Of a DNA stretch of 64,000 bases, positions 24,513 through 38,025 are shown one piece after another. The notes under the pieces are model-generated. The model made no database searches. It was not told where the DNA came from and saw nothing but the letters and a program-made list of their open reading frames with translations. Numbering within the stretch: position 1 is the first letter of the stretch; each line of letters opens with the position of its first letter. The position numbers and the translations under genes were made by a program. The stretch comes from Owenia fusiformis (taxonomy: Eukaryota). Location of the stretch: positions 15,190,001 through 15,254,000 of the forward strand of contig CAIIXF020000001.1 of assembly GCA_903813345.2 (NCBI GenBank), written 5' to 3'.

Positions 24513-27500
24513 ATCAAGAGCAAGAGAGAAATATGAGCGATGTCTTATGTAAGCACTGTACGGTGCACGCACGTTAGATAATAGCGAAAGTACGGCACCA
24601 CGATTCACCTTTTATGAATCCATGAATACAGTTCAAAGGAGGTTGACTTACAAATTAGGTTCCATTCCGATCCGCTATCTTGGCATAATAGAATTTCTAT
24701 ATTTCAATTTATTTGAGAGTAAAACAGATGCTGAAACAAGTGTCAAAGGTATGGCAAATGATTTTAGACAGTTGAATCTTGTATGACCAGGATTTTTTCT
24801 CACCATGAATGCACAATTTCTCATCCAAATGGTTTCCTCCAAATGTTTATTAAAATCAAAGTTAAGGCAAGACTAGCCCAAACAACAGTTGGAAACACGT
24901 ACTAGACGATGGCTAGTGAATAACCCAAAAATAACTGACACGTTAACCCATTCTCACGACATAAAAACTTAATTACATCTAAATAGGTTATACATGTTTA
25001 AGAGATCTCCTTCAAAGATGTGATGATGAAATTGAAAGCCTTATTTGGACGATATCAAGTCTTTATGACCAAGTTTAGTCTGAAAACAACGGACCGCTTG
25101 GGGTTCCCCAATTGGAAAATAACATCTTTATCGCATTTCAATTCAATTTCCCCTTTCAGAAGTCACTGACATAGGGCAGAAAAAACAATTGATATGGTAA
25201 CAAGAAAAGGTCTTCTTTTAGAAAATAAGTCAATAAAAATGTGTCAAGATGGAGGTCATAAACAATGTCGACAAAAGGATTGATATTTTTATTAGCTTGA
25301 TAGCTTTACTTTAAAGAAGTCCCGAGCTTTCCATTAAGAAATTATAACTTGTTAATATTCAGTTCATAAATACTTATAGTAAATCTGTTCGGACAAAAGG
25401 TTGTAGTATTCCATCATTACGTGGGCCAATTTTGTCAAACTTTATCGGCCCGCCCTTTAGTTCTACTTCAGATGGTGTAGCTCTTAGTAATACCTATAAA
25501 AGCCTAAAGGTGATATCAATATTTAAACCAAATAGAAGGCATAGCCATTTAGTCCCCAGATACGTCAAGATCGGTAAGATTTATCTAAAGACGATTTGCG
25601 CTACCTGAATACGCAAATATTAAGTGGATCAGTTTTAATTGGTGTATCTAAGAATAGGGTTGTACAACAGCAGAAATCCAATCAAATTAGTAAGTGGATA
25701 ATAGAGATGAGAAACGGGACTTGAAATAAGCGTCTGTTTACGTCATTTAGATTAAAGGGTATGAAGTGGGTCTGGATTACAGCGCTTGAGTGGTCAGTTG
25801 AGAGGAACAAGCGATTGATGCCTCAGTAAATATCACGATGAACAAACAAATTGTAAGGCGAGCCCTGGGCCACAACGGATATCTGTAAATCATATCAATT
25901 TCAATTATTCATTGATTAATCGGAACATATTACAACAAATAGTTGCTTTGTATAAGAGTGATGGTACAAGTGGTAAGCAATTCAAACAAAAAGACACACA
26001 AGTGGAGACGCAGTTAAAAGTGTCCGACCTTTGTAGCTCTAGTTTGGACGGCTACTTGGACGGCGCGAACTTTCTCAACTTTAATTAGTATACGTTTAAG
26101 GGAATTGACTTACCTTGAGACCTGACTGCTGACTGCGACAATAATAATCGTTAGGGTTTCTATAAAAAGTAAAATCAGAAATTTGTAACATTGAAATATG
26201 AAACGTTATTGACAATATTCGTAACACTAAGAGAAGAATGTAAAGACACACATTACAAAATAGAAACATTTATGTAACTTTCTAGATGTGAGTAAATGGG
26301 AGAATATCCAAGACAAACATTATCTCGTGTAATGAAATGCTCAGAAAAGTAAAAACTGGATCATTATGTAAATATCTACACAGATCGTGTCAAATCAAAT
26401 ACAAGGAAACAAAAACTTGATAAAAGCACGGACGAGTTTTATATTTGGACTTACAAAAGGTCACGATAATTGATTGGAGTTCGTGGCCATTCACAAATAA
26501 CTCTTTACTAGAACTAATCTAGCGTCTCCTCCCATCAAAGTTGAAACAGTCGACGACAAATAGAGATTAAATTAAAAGTAACTTCATAAACCTGCTTCAG
26601 CTAGTGGACCATATCGGGGCCAGGTACGATGAAACGGGAAAGTAACCGTGTGTTTGTAGTACTGATGACGATGGTATATATTCTCACATGTATCCAGACT
26701 ATTGAAGCACGAAGTAAGTATTCTAGTGGGTGGTAATAGGGGCATGTCAGTATTCAAGAAAACTAATCGCGATCCGTACTTGAACCAACAAGAAAAATGC
26801 ATCTTATATAATGTCATTACTGGCGGGTTTTCAACCCTAATCTTAAAAATGTTGGTAATTAATTACACTTTGTCAAAACTGTATGAGGAAATGTGATAAT
26901 GATCGATAAAAGACTAGCTAAGTGACGTGAGTACTTCGGTAAAAATCTTCAAATTATAAGTTAAATTCTTAGCACTTATTTATATTTGACATTCTATGGG
27001 CCGGATATAACATTAAAAATATTGACAGTATTTGTCTAGTTTACTGTAATAGCAAAATTTGGATTTAAATACAATTTTGGAGTACTTGGTTCGAAAGTCA
27101 AATTCGTTTGTTAGGTGTGTTTTGAGAAATGCAAAATAATTACTGTAGATACCTAAAGAAAATCATTAAATAAATGTAAGTTCACAAAGTATAATATGGT
27201 ATGTTGTGTACATTTACCTTCATGCTATGGTTGCGTACAATATCATATTATTGTCTTCTTTGAAGTTTTACCTGGCCATTGTGTTTACGGAACATGTTAT
27301 CGTAACAATTTACAATAAAAACGAGAGTATGGCTTGATCCTTCCCACCCCTTCAAAAAGAAAGTGTTGATAAATGATTTTCGTCGTGGATAATAAGATCT
27401 CATGACTGATGAAATCCATGTCAAGCAGAAAAAATGCACCCCTTGTCCCCCTACCCTAACGTTCTTGTAATAATTCAATCGATATTATGATAGTTCCTTT

Positions 27501-27560
27501 CTAAATAAATGCCATCCTCTTCACTCTTCACTGAAAAATAAGGTAAAAGCAGGAAGTGTA

Positions 27561-27817
27561 CACCGTTGCTCAAATATCTGGAATATTGAGCACGACACAA
27601 AAATCAGCACACAAATCTGAACTGTAACAATTACAAAGAAATAATTGTTTGAAAGTATGCAAAAATAATTATCCTAAAACGTTAATTAGTCACTCTGAAA
27701 ATAATGTGAATTCAAAAATATCCATTCTTTAAAATTTGAGAGCGCATTGCAGCACATTGAAATTGAGGAAATCAATGGTAAATATTGGAAAACATTCTAT
27801 ATATATGAGCAACGGTG
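27561..27817. mobile_element. Short Tc1-like MITE
   Basis: TA|caccgttgctca ... tgagcaacggtg|TA. Confidence 0.7.
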
Positions 27818-28024
27818 TATTGCTGGGCAATTCATCGCAATTATGATTTATGGATGACTCTTATTACATAAACGCTTAGCAACAAAGTGAAGCGATAAAA
27901 CCTGTTGATCTTTTCAATTTTACATAAATATCTATTCTGAGCTGTCAGTTACGTTAATCTAAGATATACCATTTCTCAGAATTAATGCAATTTTTGGAAA
28001 TACAAATTCATTACTTCTGGATTA

Positions 28025-29186
28025 CGATTATCTTTGCAACTTTTGAACGTCATTAAAAATTCTAAATTCAGCCAAAGTGATATCAAAGGAATGGTATCGA
28101 TATGGTGAACTTTTTGAACACACGTTTCTCTTAAACCAGTCATAAGAAAAATCTAAAAATTCGACATATCGTCAATTTAATGGTCATCCTTTGAATGGCA
28201 ACAATATAATTTGAAATATATATAATATATATACTTTCATCTATATTGTTTTAGAAAACACATCAAACACTTTGTTCTTGGTATCATGTTTCCAGAGTGA
28301 AATGAAACATCTTTCCGAACCTCATTGGAACAAAACGACATAAACACAACATGTTTAGGTCTCTCAATATTGTAATTGTACAAAGGAAATTTTGGTTGAT
28401 TTAAAAAAAAGTATCTTGTTAATGAAATAAAAGGGTTATCTTGATTTTATCTATTTTGGGGGATTTTGTTTTAATTTTTGAATACTTTTTTAAAATCAAC
28501 CAAAAAATTTCTTTGTATAACTATAATATTGAGAGGTCTAAAAACATGTTTTATATGCTATTTTGTTCCAACAAGGTTCGGAAAGACATTTTATTTCCCA
28601 AGAATTGGTAGAAAGGAGCAAGCAAAAAACAATTGCACTAAAAAACAAAAAATGTTAACAAAAACAGTTATCTAAAATATTTCTAAATAATTTTCGCATT
28701 AAATTGTTGTCAATCAGTCAACATTACATAAAATACTGTGTCTTTTTACAGAATGTTTTCAATAATTGGTTTAAGAGAAAAACATTGTTGAATTCAGTTC
28801 ACCATATCGAAACCTATCTTTCAAGTCTACATGTAAAAATTACTTCTAGAAATGTAGTTTTAAAAAGTGTTTATCAACTTTGAAAATATAACTATAACTA
28901 TAAATATAAAATAAAATGTGACTTTGAGGTCGGGGAGATTCCCCTCCCCTATAGACTCCATGTTATAAAATAACAAAAAGTGAAGTATATTTTCTTATAT
29001 TGGGCTAACAAATTATTTTCTTTTACTATTCATATTTTAATTTGTATAACTACCAGATAGAAGGGTTATATGAGAATTGGACCACTAAAACCGATGAATA
29101 TTCAAGTTTAAGGGAACTTTCTAATACCCTACCACCCGGAATTGCCAACCACTGGTGAAAATGGTAACTATCTACTCGCACCTGGG
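28025..29186. mobile_element. MITE A copy interrupted by MITE B (28085-28821)
   Basis: A-family aaattcagccaaagtgatatc breaks at 28085 and resumes as aagtctacatgtaaaa after the MITE B TIR at 28821. Confidence 0.8.
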
Positions 29187-30160
29187 TAATTTGGGTACCT
29201 TTTATAGCGATCGATATATCTATTAGATTGTTGAAACTGTTTTTTTATAAAAAGTTGTTTCAATTAACTCTAGCTATTTATAAGCTTTCATATGGTACAT
29301 AACGTCTAAGGGATGCTACTTAGGATAGACGGTTGATTGAAGCTGTCATTATGAAACACCGTGTACATCGGTTTGAATCGAGTTCATAGTTCACCGAAGT
29401 TTGGAAGTATGCTAATATACATGTATAACACTGGTATGCTTGAACGTCTTCTGGACCGTACCCGTGCTGTGTAGCATACTTCCAAACTACGTTGAACTTT
29501 GAACTCGATTCAAGATTTTCACTTAGACCATGATCAAGTCTTGTGTTTTGGAATTTTTTGTTTTGAAATAAGACCAAAGCGATTCAAAATGTGAAGTGAA
29601 CAAAAGAATGTCACCCGGCAAAACAGTTAGACGTTTTTACACAATTCCTGAAATTAGGGTCGAAGAGATTTCTTTTATACACGTCGCACTAAACTTGGGA
29701 CAATAAGCGTAACATTATGGCGTCAAAATACCAAAGCAAAACAATGAGCAGTATAGGGCGCAAACACCCTTACAACGTCAAAAACGACGAGCGTCACATT
29801 TTTTCAAGTTTAATCAACCCAAAAAGAAAATACTTTATCCTTATTTAATCATGATAAACTTCACTGATTAGCAAGATCTCGAGGACAATATTTCTAAAAT
29901 GTTTTTGATTTTTGAAAAACGGTCAAGAAATCCACTTGGGGCGTTAGTAAAAATTGATATGTATTGAATTTGTGGTAAAAATCGATGCGTCACTTTTTTC
30001 ACGTTTCGAAAATCAGCGCCGTAACAATATTGTGCAGTTAATTTTTTTTCAAATCAGACCTAAATTAGTTCTAAGGTAAAATCAAGGTAAACGGATTGCT
30101 CGTCCCCTTCGCCTTCAAAACCTTACACAATTTTGAAAATGTTAAAAGCGTTCATATTAA

Positions 30161-30626
30161 GCCCGGTATACACCAATGGGGCAAACCCACTTGCCCCATC
30201 GAGTCCCATCTTGCCCCATCGAATCCCAATTTGCCCCATCGAATCCCACGAAGTCCCATGTGACCTTCATGACTTTGCCCCATCGTGCCCCATGGTGTCC
30301 CATCAAGCCCCATGGAGTCCCATCAAATCCCACCGTGCCCCATTGGTGTATGTCGGGCTTCACACAACACGTCATATGATCGAAAATCCCACGATGCCCC
30401 ATGGAAAGAATAAACATGTTCATTCTCGATGGGACTCCATCGAGTCCCACCGAGTCCCACGTGGGATTTCATGGGACCCCGTGGGACTCGATGGGGCAAG
30501 AGGGGCAAAATCCCACGAAGTCCCTAAAGGTCCCACGAGGTCCCACGCAATGTTATACATAGTATAACAAAGTCACGGTATTAAGTCTATGGAGGTCCCA
30601 ACTTGCCCCATTGGTGTATACCGGGC
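30161..30626. mobile_element. GC-rich MITE (Harbinger-like termini) with internal ccccat/gtcccac short repeats
   Basis: TIR gcccggtatacaccaatggggcaa / ttgccccattggtgtataccgggc. The overlapping ORFs here are repeat artefacts. Confidence 0.85.
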
Positions 30627-33600
30627 AATTGTGACGTCATAAATGCACATGCTCCATTGAATAAAATGTGAACTTTTTGTGGGATTCTGATCATTATTTC
30701 AAAAGTTGTCTCAATTTCAACGTCTTACAACATATTTGACGATGTTGGGGTATATTTAACTTTAAATATATGGTAGATCCAATCAAACTTTTCAAGGAAA
30801 AACAAATTCACTAAAATGCGAATAAAAAATCCTTCAAAATGATATATAAAACACATAGTTAGTTTTTCAAATAAGGCAGAGATTAACGCTTAAAGCTGAG
30901 CTTTGCTGGAGATCGACCCTGTGATTGATCCAGAAAATCAATTTAGGGAGAAAAGGTCCAACTAACTGTTGCCACTTCGCTTCAATCAACTCTTTAGACA
31001 ATGTTTTTCAGACAAAAAGTTATAAAGGACTTTTTTTAACTTCTTTTTGTGGAGTAGTATTGTATACGTTTGGTTTTGAATTTGCTAGTCACATAAGATC
31101 ACAATAAATTCATCTTGTTGATTGGCTAATCGTATTGTCTTTGAGAGTCTCTCATAACTGAATTAGCTGCTTATTATGATGACACAGAATATGTAAGTAG
31201 CTGTATTTGATAATAAATCAGATCCGATAATTAGCTATTAGTAAGTTTTCGTGAAAAAGTACTCGCAGGAACCAATTAGCTACATCCTCCAATACAGAGT
31301 GGGCCAAACATTGGTTTAACTTCACAAACGTTTTCCAGGATTATGGTATACTTTAATACTATTCATTTGGCTCTAAATGCTGTAACGTAATCAGTCCCTT
31401 TAAACTGATGACCTAAAATGGCGGCATAAATTCACATCTTCTAACATTACTTGCTTCTTAAACCCCACTTAGGTAGCAACACAATAGAATGAGGTGTGAT
31501 TTATTTTAAATAATGTCATGTTGTATCAAAAGGAAAGTACATTCTTTGTCCATGTTTTTAAAGAATGGACACTTAGCGAGCTATCAAAAACCAATGTGGC
31601 ACAAAAGACGATTGACTGCAGTGCACAAAAGCTAAACTATCCACTCATTCAATAGTTGAATACTAGTAAACACAGGAAATCAAATTTTTAACTGTTACAT
31701 GCAGTGCACTGGAGATACACCATCTCACTTGTCAACAGTCACACTCTTACCTCATAGTCATTGCAAAATAAATACAGTTTTCTTAAGATTGAATTATAAG
31801 CCATTTAGCTTTCACAATAGTATGTGTGGGGTTTAAGTTATTTAAACCATTCGTATTGGGCCTTTGGAGAACTAACAGCCTCGGCCTGGTGGCATCGGCT
31901 ATTATTCTAAAACCCAAGTTTCAAATATTACCAGTTTAGAGATTTATAAATTAGCAAATCCCATGAGAAAGAAATTATTAATAAAAGATATACATGTATG
32001 TACAGGGACTAATTTTGTTTCACTAGGCGATGATATGTATTTCAACACCAGTTCCTTTAAGAATGTTAGAATCCATCGATCACTAAAGTCCAAAGCATGT
32101 TTATCGCCCAAAACCACAATGGAACTTCAGATAAAACATAGATAAATCAAGTACATTTTATTCCTTCACAATCAACAGGGATAAGGTTCTAGCAAATAAG
32201 TGTCTGAATCTGCGTCAGTGACACTAAAGATATGACTTGTTTGAAATATCAGGCGTTTTGTGTTGATAAAAGAACACAACAAAGTACCATCCAGTAGGAA
32301 ATTAATTTAATTAATGCAACCGATCTTTCACTTCATGGATTATATTAGTCCTCTGACCAGATGCTACCACGGTAAATGATGTTGAAATTGTGACAATTGT
32401 TCTCTAGAGGAGGGCAATATATCGACTTATCTGGTAGACCGGATATCGTATAACAGTGAATGATCAAAAACAAGTATACTTAATCCAATCAACATTTCAA
32501 AAAATTAGTTTAATTTTATTTATCGATCCACCAAAACAGATCACTCAACTCAGATCTTTTGTCATGTCAGAGAAAATAACCTTCTCATCCCAATTCTCCA
32601 TGGGTTTATATAATTTGTGGGTAATCTTTATTTTTGTTTGAAGTTCAATAACGCTTGGAGTAAAATCTATTTAAAACGGCCCTAGCGACACTGCTCTAAA
32701 ATGTATGTTCTCTCTCCTCACTTTTAAAAATTTTGTAACTTGTTTATGTTTACACATTTCCATCATAACTCCTGAAGTATTTGTGAGACCTCGAGTCCTT
32801 TTTGGTCCTTTTTGCATTTTTTTGTCCGCTATAGGGGATCAGTTCAATCAGATTTCCTGATTTTCTTCCACCCCACTACCTCCAGAAAGCCTAGTAGGTA
32901 CTTTCCGCAATTCTTAAAAGGTCGCATGAACCGTGACAGGCCTACTCAATAAATTCAAGGTTGATAAATTACATCCTTCACTAATTCACTAAATAAATTA
33001 TATTGACTGAGTAATGTGACATATCACTTACGTATCTCTGTTGTCGCAGACTTATTGTATCATTTACGAACAAATCAAATCAAATTATATCTTTCATTAA
33101 TGAAAAAATCATGCCAATTTCAAAGGCAACACTAAATCACTATCAGAGATGAATTTGAAGATTGACACGATTCATCTTAAATGGATTATGAATCATTTAC
33201 CTTTCATAAGACCAGTGTGGGTTCTAAGTAATATAAACCATGTGTACTAGCTGCTAGGAGATCTAATGGCCTCTGGCCAACGGCCCTCGATAAATATTTC
33301 ACCTAGCCAGTACTCATGGTTTATACATTACATAATACCCGCTCTTTTCTGATAGCATTCTGCCTTGAATCATGTATCATAAAGACAGTGTAGTTTCGTT
33401 AGGACCTTCCATATTTTTTTCGACTATCATTTTGCTTTATTAATTAAATACAAATATATTAATGAAATTGCGTTCCATAAATAAGATGAATCTGTGGTTT
33501 ATTAGAATCATATAGATGCCATAGTTAATGAACGTATGAACACAACGACTCTAGAGTCGCTTATTGTTTGAACAAATTATTAATCTTTTTCGAATTATAG

Positions 33601-34628
33601 AAATGTTCATATCACCTTACCTTCTTTTGAGGCCACTATATCGTGCCCTTCGTCTAAAGATAAATCCCTATGTTTTTACTCTGCCGGGTGTGAGTCATGT
33701 CGCTTTATACGGGTCATATCGTAATCATAAAATTTGAAATAAAATTTTCGCCATTTTTCCACATCACAATTTGAATTGCGAGTTTTGGTCTTATTACCTG
33801 ACCAAAAATTCCAAAACACACGTGAAGTAATCAATATATTAGTTCATATCTTCTGGATTGCTAATTTAGAATTTACAGCCAGTTACTATTAATGTCAGAC
33901 GTTAGCGACATTTAGTCCAATTTTCGAATATCGCCATTTTTCTTGGAGCCGTTTGTTTTAATTTTAAACGAAATCCTGACGAAATCATGCAATATCTCAT
34001 CATGGAGCCCAGCCAGTTCCATTTCAATTCATGAAATATTAACATGACCGTTAGAATATATTACTTAAAATTGAACCCCGACTAGAAATTTTACAATAGT
34101 TCATGGTGACCCAGATGGAATTACCTAGGCCAAGAATTGTCTAGAGACTGGAATAAATGTCACCAACTTGCATCTGTGATGCGATGTTGTGTTGCGTAAT
34201 ATTTTTGATATATCCATATTTTGACGAGTAAGGCATAAGTTCAAGTAAGAGAGGGTTGCATGGCGAATCAGATGACATATATTGTTTTGTCTGTTTTTCT
34301 TTTTCTTAATCACTTCCCTCTCTCCTTCTGAGATTCTTTTCAGCAACTACATAAAACGTCTTATTCAATGCTAATTATATGGTTAGTTATAATATGAGAA
34401 CTAGTTGGTAAGAATGAAATTATGTTATTTGTATCTAGATCAACGGTCAAAATCTAGGTCAGATCTTATATTTTTATAATATATTTTGTCAAGTATCGCA
34501 ACAGATTTCGGACAGTCATATGTTGGATTTTGACTATTTTCTGAGGATTTAAACAGGTACATACCTGTTAGAGCAATGTATTACCTCCAGGAAAAGCACT
34601 CCTGGAGATGATAGAATAATTTCGACTA

Positions 34629-35060
34629 TGAGACAGGGAAGATGCAAACAACCTACCCACATTTTTTTCTGAAATGTTTTCCTGATTTGCAACCCCTTCC
34701 ACCCCTGCTTTTTTAATTTTTCTTGCATCAATATGTTGTGTTTTGACACACAGTTAACTCCTTTAAGGAATAAGTGATTCATTTTAGATAAAGTGGAAAA
34801 CAATATTTCCCACGTTATTTTCCCATAGGGAAAACTCATGCGAACCATTGCTTTCAGCTAATTTTGGTCACCCATTTGGATATCTTTTAAACCCCCAAAG
34901 GAATCACTTATTCATTTAAATGTGTTAACTGTGTGTTGTGTGTCAAAACACAACATATTGATACAAGAAAAATTAGAAAAGCAGGGGTGGAAGGGGTTGA
35001 AAATCACGAAAACATTTCAGAAACACATGTGGGTGGGTCGTTTGCATCTTCCCTGTCTCA
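34629..35060. mobile_element. MITE with about 130-170-bp imperfect TIRs
   Basis: tgagacagggaagatgcaaac...tgttgtgttttgacacacagttaac, with its reverse complement ending tttgcatcttccctgtctca at 35060. Confidence 0.85.
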
Positions 35061-35364
35061 AATTCAAATTTCAAAATGCGATATGTTCCGTAAGATTTTA
35101 ACCTTCTGAGAGCGTTGTTTCTTCAGTGGGATTTTAACCTTCTTCCAAAATGTTAGAGGGCGTTGTCCTCCGTAAGGTTGAGCTCTCAAATGACGTTGTT
35201 CTCAGCGAGATTCTAACCTTCAGATGGAGTTGTATTAAGTAAGAATGAAACCCTAAGAAGGCGTTTTCCGCTGAGATTTTTGCTCCTGTAAATTCCTAAC
35301 AAACCATTTTTTACCTCAGTGATTTAAGTTATTTTATCAAATATCAAATATCTTGTTTTTGCAG

Positions 35365-35406
35365 GAAAGTGTGTGGGGAAGTGGGCAATACATGCTTGTG
35401 GAGGAG
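35365..35406 (+). CDS. Excitatory peptide (EP/GGNG; CCHamide orthologue) precursor, peptide-coding micro-exon
   Basis: tcttgtttttgcag|GA AAG TGT GTG GGG AAG TGG GCA ATA CAT GCT TGT GGA GGA G|gtgagt, which reads xKCVGKWAIHACGG(G). This matches the annelid/mollusc EP motif KCxGxWAIHACxGGN. Both splice sites are canonical. The signal-peptide exon was not located. Confidence 0.93.
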
Positions 35407-35613
35407 GTGAGTTAAATAACAAGTATCTCAAGAGTATTCTAATCTTCATCAATTAACGTTGCATTCGTAGCTTTCTGTGAAAAATGAAACACAGTTAAAA
35501 AATATGATGTAGTTAAAGAAGAAATATATGTACTGTACATGTAATTATCATTTACAATAACATTTATTGCAAAAATTTTAGAATATATTTTGTCATAATA
35601 TAGGACCAGTATA

Positions 35614-37659
35614 CAGGGTGTCTCAAAAATAGGGTGTACCCAAAAGTATATCAACAGCACAGATAAACCAATCAATATTTTCAGACATTTTTTGCATGGT
35701 CATGTAGCCAAAACATGAAAGTTTCCTCCCCAATACACCATTTTTATTTCAGTCTTGCCTTTTTGATGCTGTATCCTTACTGCTACATTGTTCATCACAT
35801 TTGATAATAATTCCGGTGGAATGTTTTGGATTTCTCTTTGGATGTTGCCCTTAAGTTGTTATAGGTCTTTTTGCTTGGAATGAGTGTTAAAACACTCCTT
35901 AGAATAGTCACAGAGAAAGATGTTTGAGGATGACGATGGCAGAACAAACACAGAGAATCAGGTCTATGGTGTTTAAACTGCTTCTTTATTCGGTACATTA
36001 AATATTCCATAAATACCAAATAAAACAAACAATTTACCAAACCTTTACCCAATCTATCAAATGTTTTTTATTTTATCGATGTAATAATCTATACAATTTA
36101 TATTCGCTAAATCGTTTCACTTGTTCTTTGTGTTTGCATTTACATTTGATATTTATACAAAGTGTACATGTATTTGTGTGATGCAGCGAATCTATTTGTT
36201 TTCCTCAACGCACGTATGATTTAATTAATTATTTGTACATTCGGTATTTACATTATTTATATTCGGTAAATACCGAATGACACATTCGATAATTTCGTTA
36301 TTATTCGATACTTTACGAGACTTTCAGTCACGTGATATATTTGAACAATGTAGAATAGCTGCGCGGCTTGCAAATCTCGATGTCATGTGACAAAATATCG
36401 AACAACAACGAAAGTTATCGAATATTACTTTATTGCATATCGGTAAATAGCAAATTAGCTTTCGGTAAATGCATCAACTATGTCATAGAAAAATAAACCA
36501 TTTGGTAAATATAGGCAAACTTATTTCGGTAGGGTTCAAATAGAAATTCAATATTGTGCCTATAATACCGAATGGAAAAATGATTTAGCGAATATTAATA
36601 TTTCCTATACAGAATATATTTGAATTTAATGAATAAAGAAGCAAAAATAATGCCATACGGGTCAATTATCGGCAAATGATTCCAGAGTTACGCAGGCTAG
36701 CGTGGAGACCATATGATATCCAAATGAATGTTGTGTGTCTCAAATTGATACACACAACAAAGGCTACACAACAATAGCCTGACTACGGTAAAGTCCGATA
36801 CCGTTGTCACAAATGGCGGACACAACCATCGCTTCAACTGTTTAATCACTTGGTCCTCATTTCATGGGATTTTATCGTCGCTAATTCTGTGCATGCATTA
36901 AGCTTTTGTGATAATGTATCATATGAAATCCCATTTTCGATCAAATTGGGTCGTGAATTGCTACAATATATCGTCTTCGATATCGTCAATGACAACGGAA
37001 TCTGAATTTGAGTTTAGAAAGACAACGGCATTGTCCGTTGTCCCGTATCTCATTTTGATCGGTTAAATTAAAGACTTTATTTCGATGGTAGAACGTTATT
37101 AACTGCACAATGAGTATTAAGACACTTTGATATAGTCTAGGTGCTCTATTAAACATACAGTTCGTGAAAATCTAATTGAAGTTACGGTTATATCCGCCAT
37201 TTGTGACAACGGTGGCTATTCCGGGGTGACACTAGAATCCCAACCAATGCAATTTCTTGAATGTCTGACCTCTCTGTATAAGGGGGGTATAAGACATTGT
37301 GAGGGCCTCCCTATTCACCAGATTTGACGGCCCATACTTTTTCTCTGGGGCTATTCGAAGGACCATTTTTATGCTAAACCCAAGCTAAGAGACCTAGAAT
37401 AACTTAAGGCCAGTATCTGAACAGATATCAAAACATTCCACCAGAAATATCAAAAGTGATGAACAATAGTAGTAAGGATGCAGACTATCATCGAAATATG
37501 AGGTTACATTGAATATGTGGTGTAAAGGGTAACGGGTAACCTGAATTAAAAACTGCGTATAAGGGAAAAACTTTCATGTTTTGTCTACAAGACCATGCAA
37601 AAAATCTATGTCTGTCTATGCCGTTGATATACTTTTTGGTACATTTTTGAAACACCCTA
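35614..37659. mobile_element. Tc1/mariner-derived element (family of 739-1719) with two nested MITEs (about 35965-36657 and 36800-37213)
   Basis: TA|cagggtgtctcaaaaat ... atttttgaaacaccct. A PYSPDLT-like relic lies near 37310. Nested TIRs are tgcttctttattc/gaataaagaagca and accgttgtcacaaatggcgga/tccgccatttgtgacaacggt. Confidence 0.8.
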
Positions 37660-37705
37660 TATAATCATTAATCTATTTGTTAGAGTTTTACTTGGTGTTT
37701 TCTAG

Positions 37706-38025
37706 GCAATGGAAAGAGATCCTCAAATGACGCAATTCAGACTCCACAAGTCACAGACCTTGAAGATGATAAATTCGACAATGTTGTGGTTGACCCTATG
37801 CATGATAGCAAAACTGAAAAATACTACATTGATAATGCAGAAACGATTGAGAAATTGTGGATTATTATGATGCGAAATAAACCTAACAGCATCATGCGGA
37901 GATTGTTAGCTGTCCTCATTAGAGAACTGGTTGAAACGGGGGAGCAACCGGTAGATGACCAGAGAGTTATGAGCGATCAACTTAAGACACCTGGTCCTAG
38001 CAAAACAGCTTCCAAGTATACATAA
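37706..38025 (+). CDS. EP/GGNG precursor, last coding exon (..GN-GKR plus C-terminal associated peptide)
   Basis: ttttctag|GC AAT GGA AAG AGA completes G-N-G-K-R (amidation glycine plus dibasic cleavage site). Phase 1 matches the micro-exon. In frame with ORF 37786-38025. Confidence 0.9.

Noticed and set aside
30133-30567. Pro/His-rich ORFs on both strands
   Set aside because: They lie almost entirely within a TIR-bounded GC-rich MITE made of short repeats.
34157-34227. Candidate signal-peptide exon for the EP precursor (MSPTCICDAMLCCVIFLIYPYFD)
   Set aside because: Its donor is phase 2 while the peptide exon needs phase 1. Other phase-1 candidates (about 23540-23630 and 32314-32371) lack a convincing hydrophobic core, so the exon remains unlocated.
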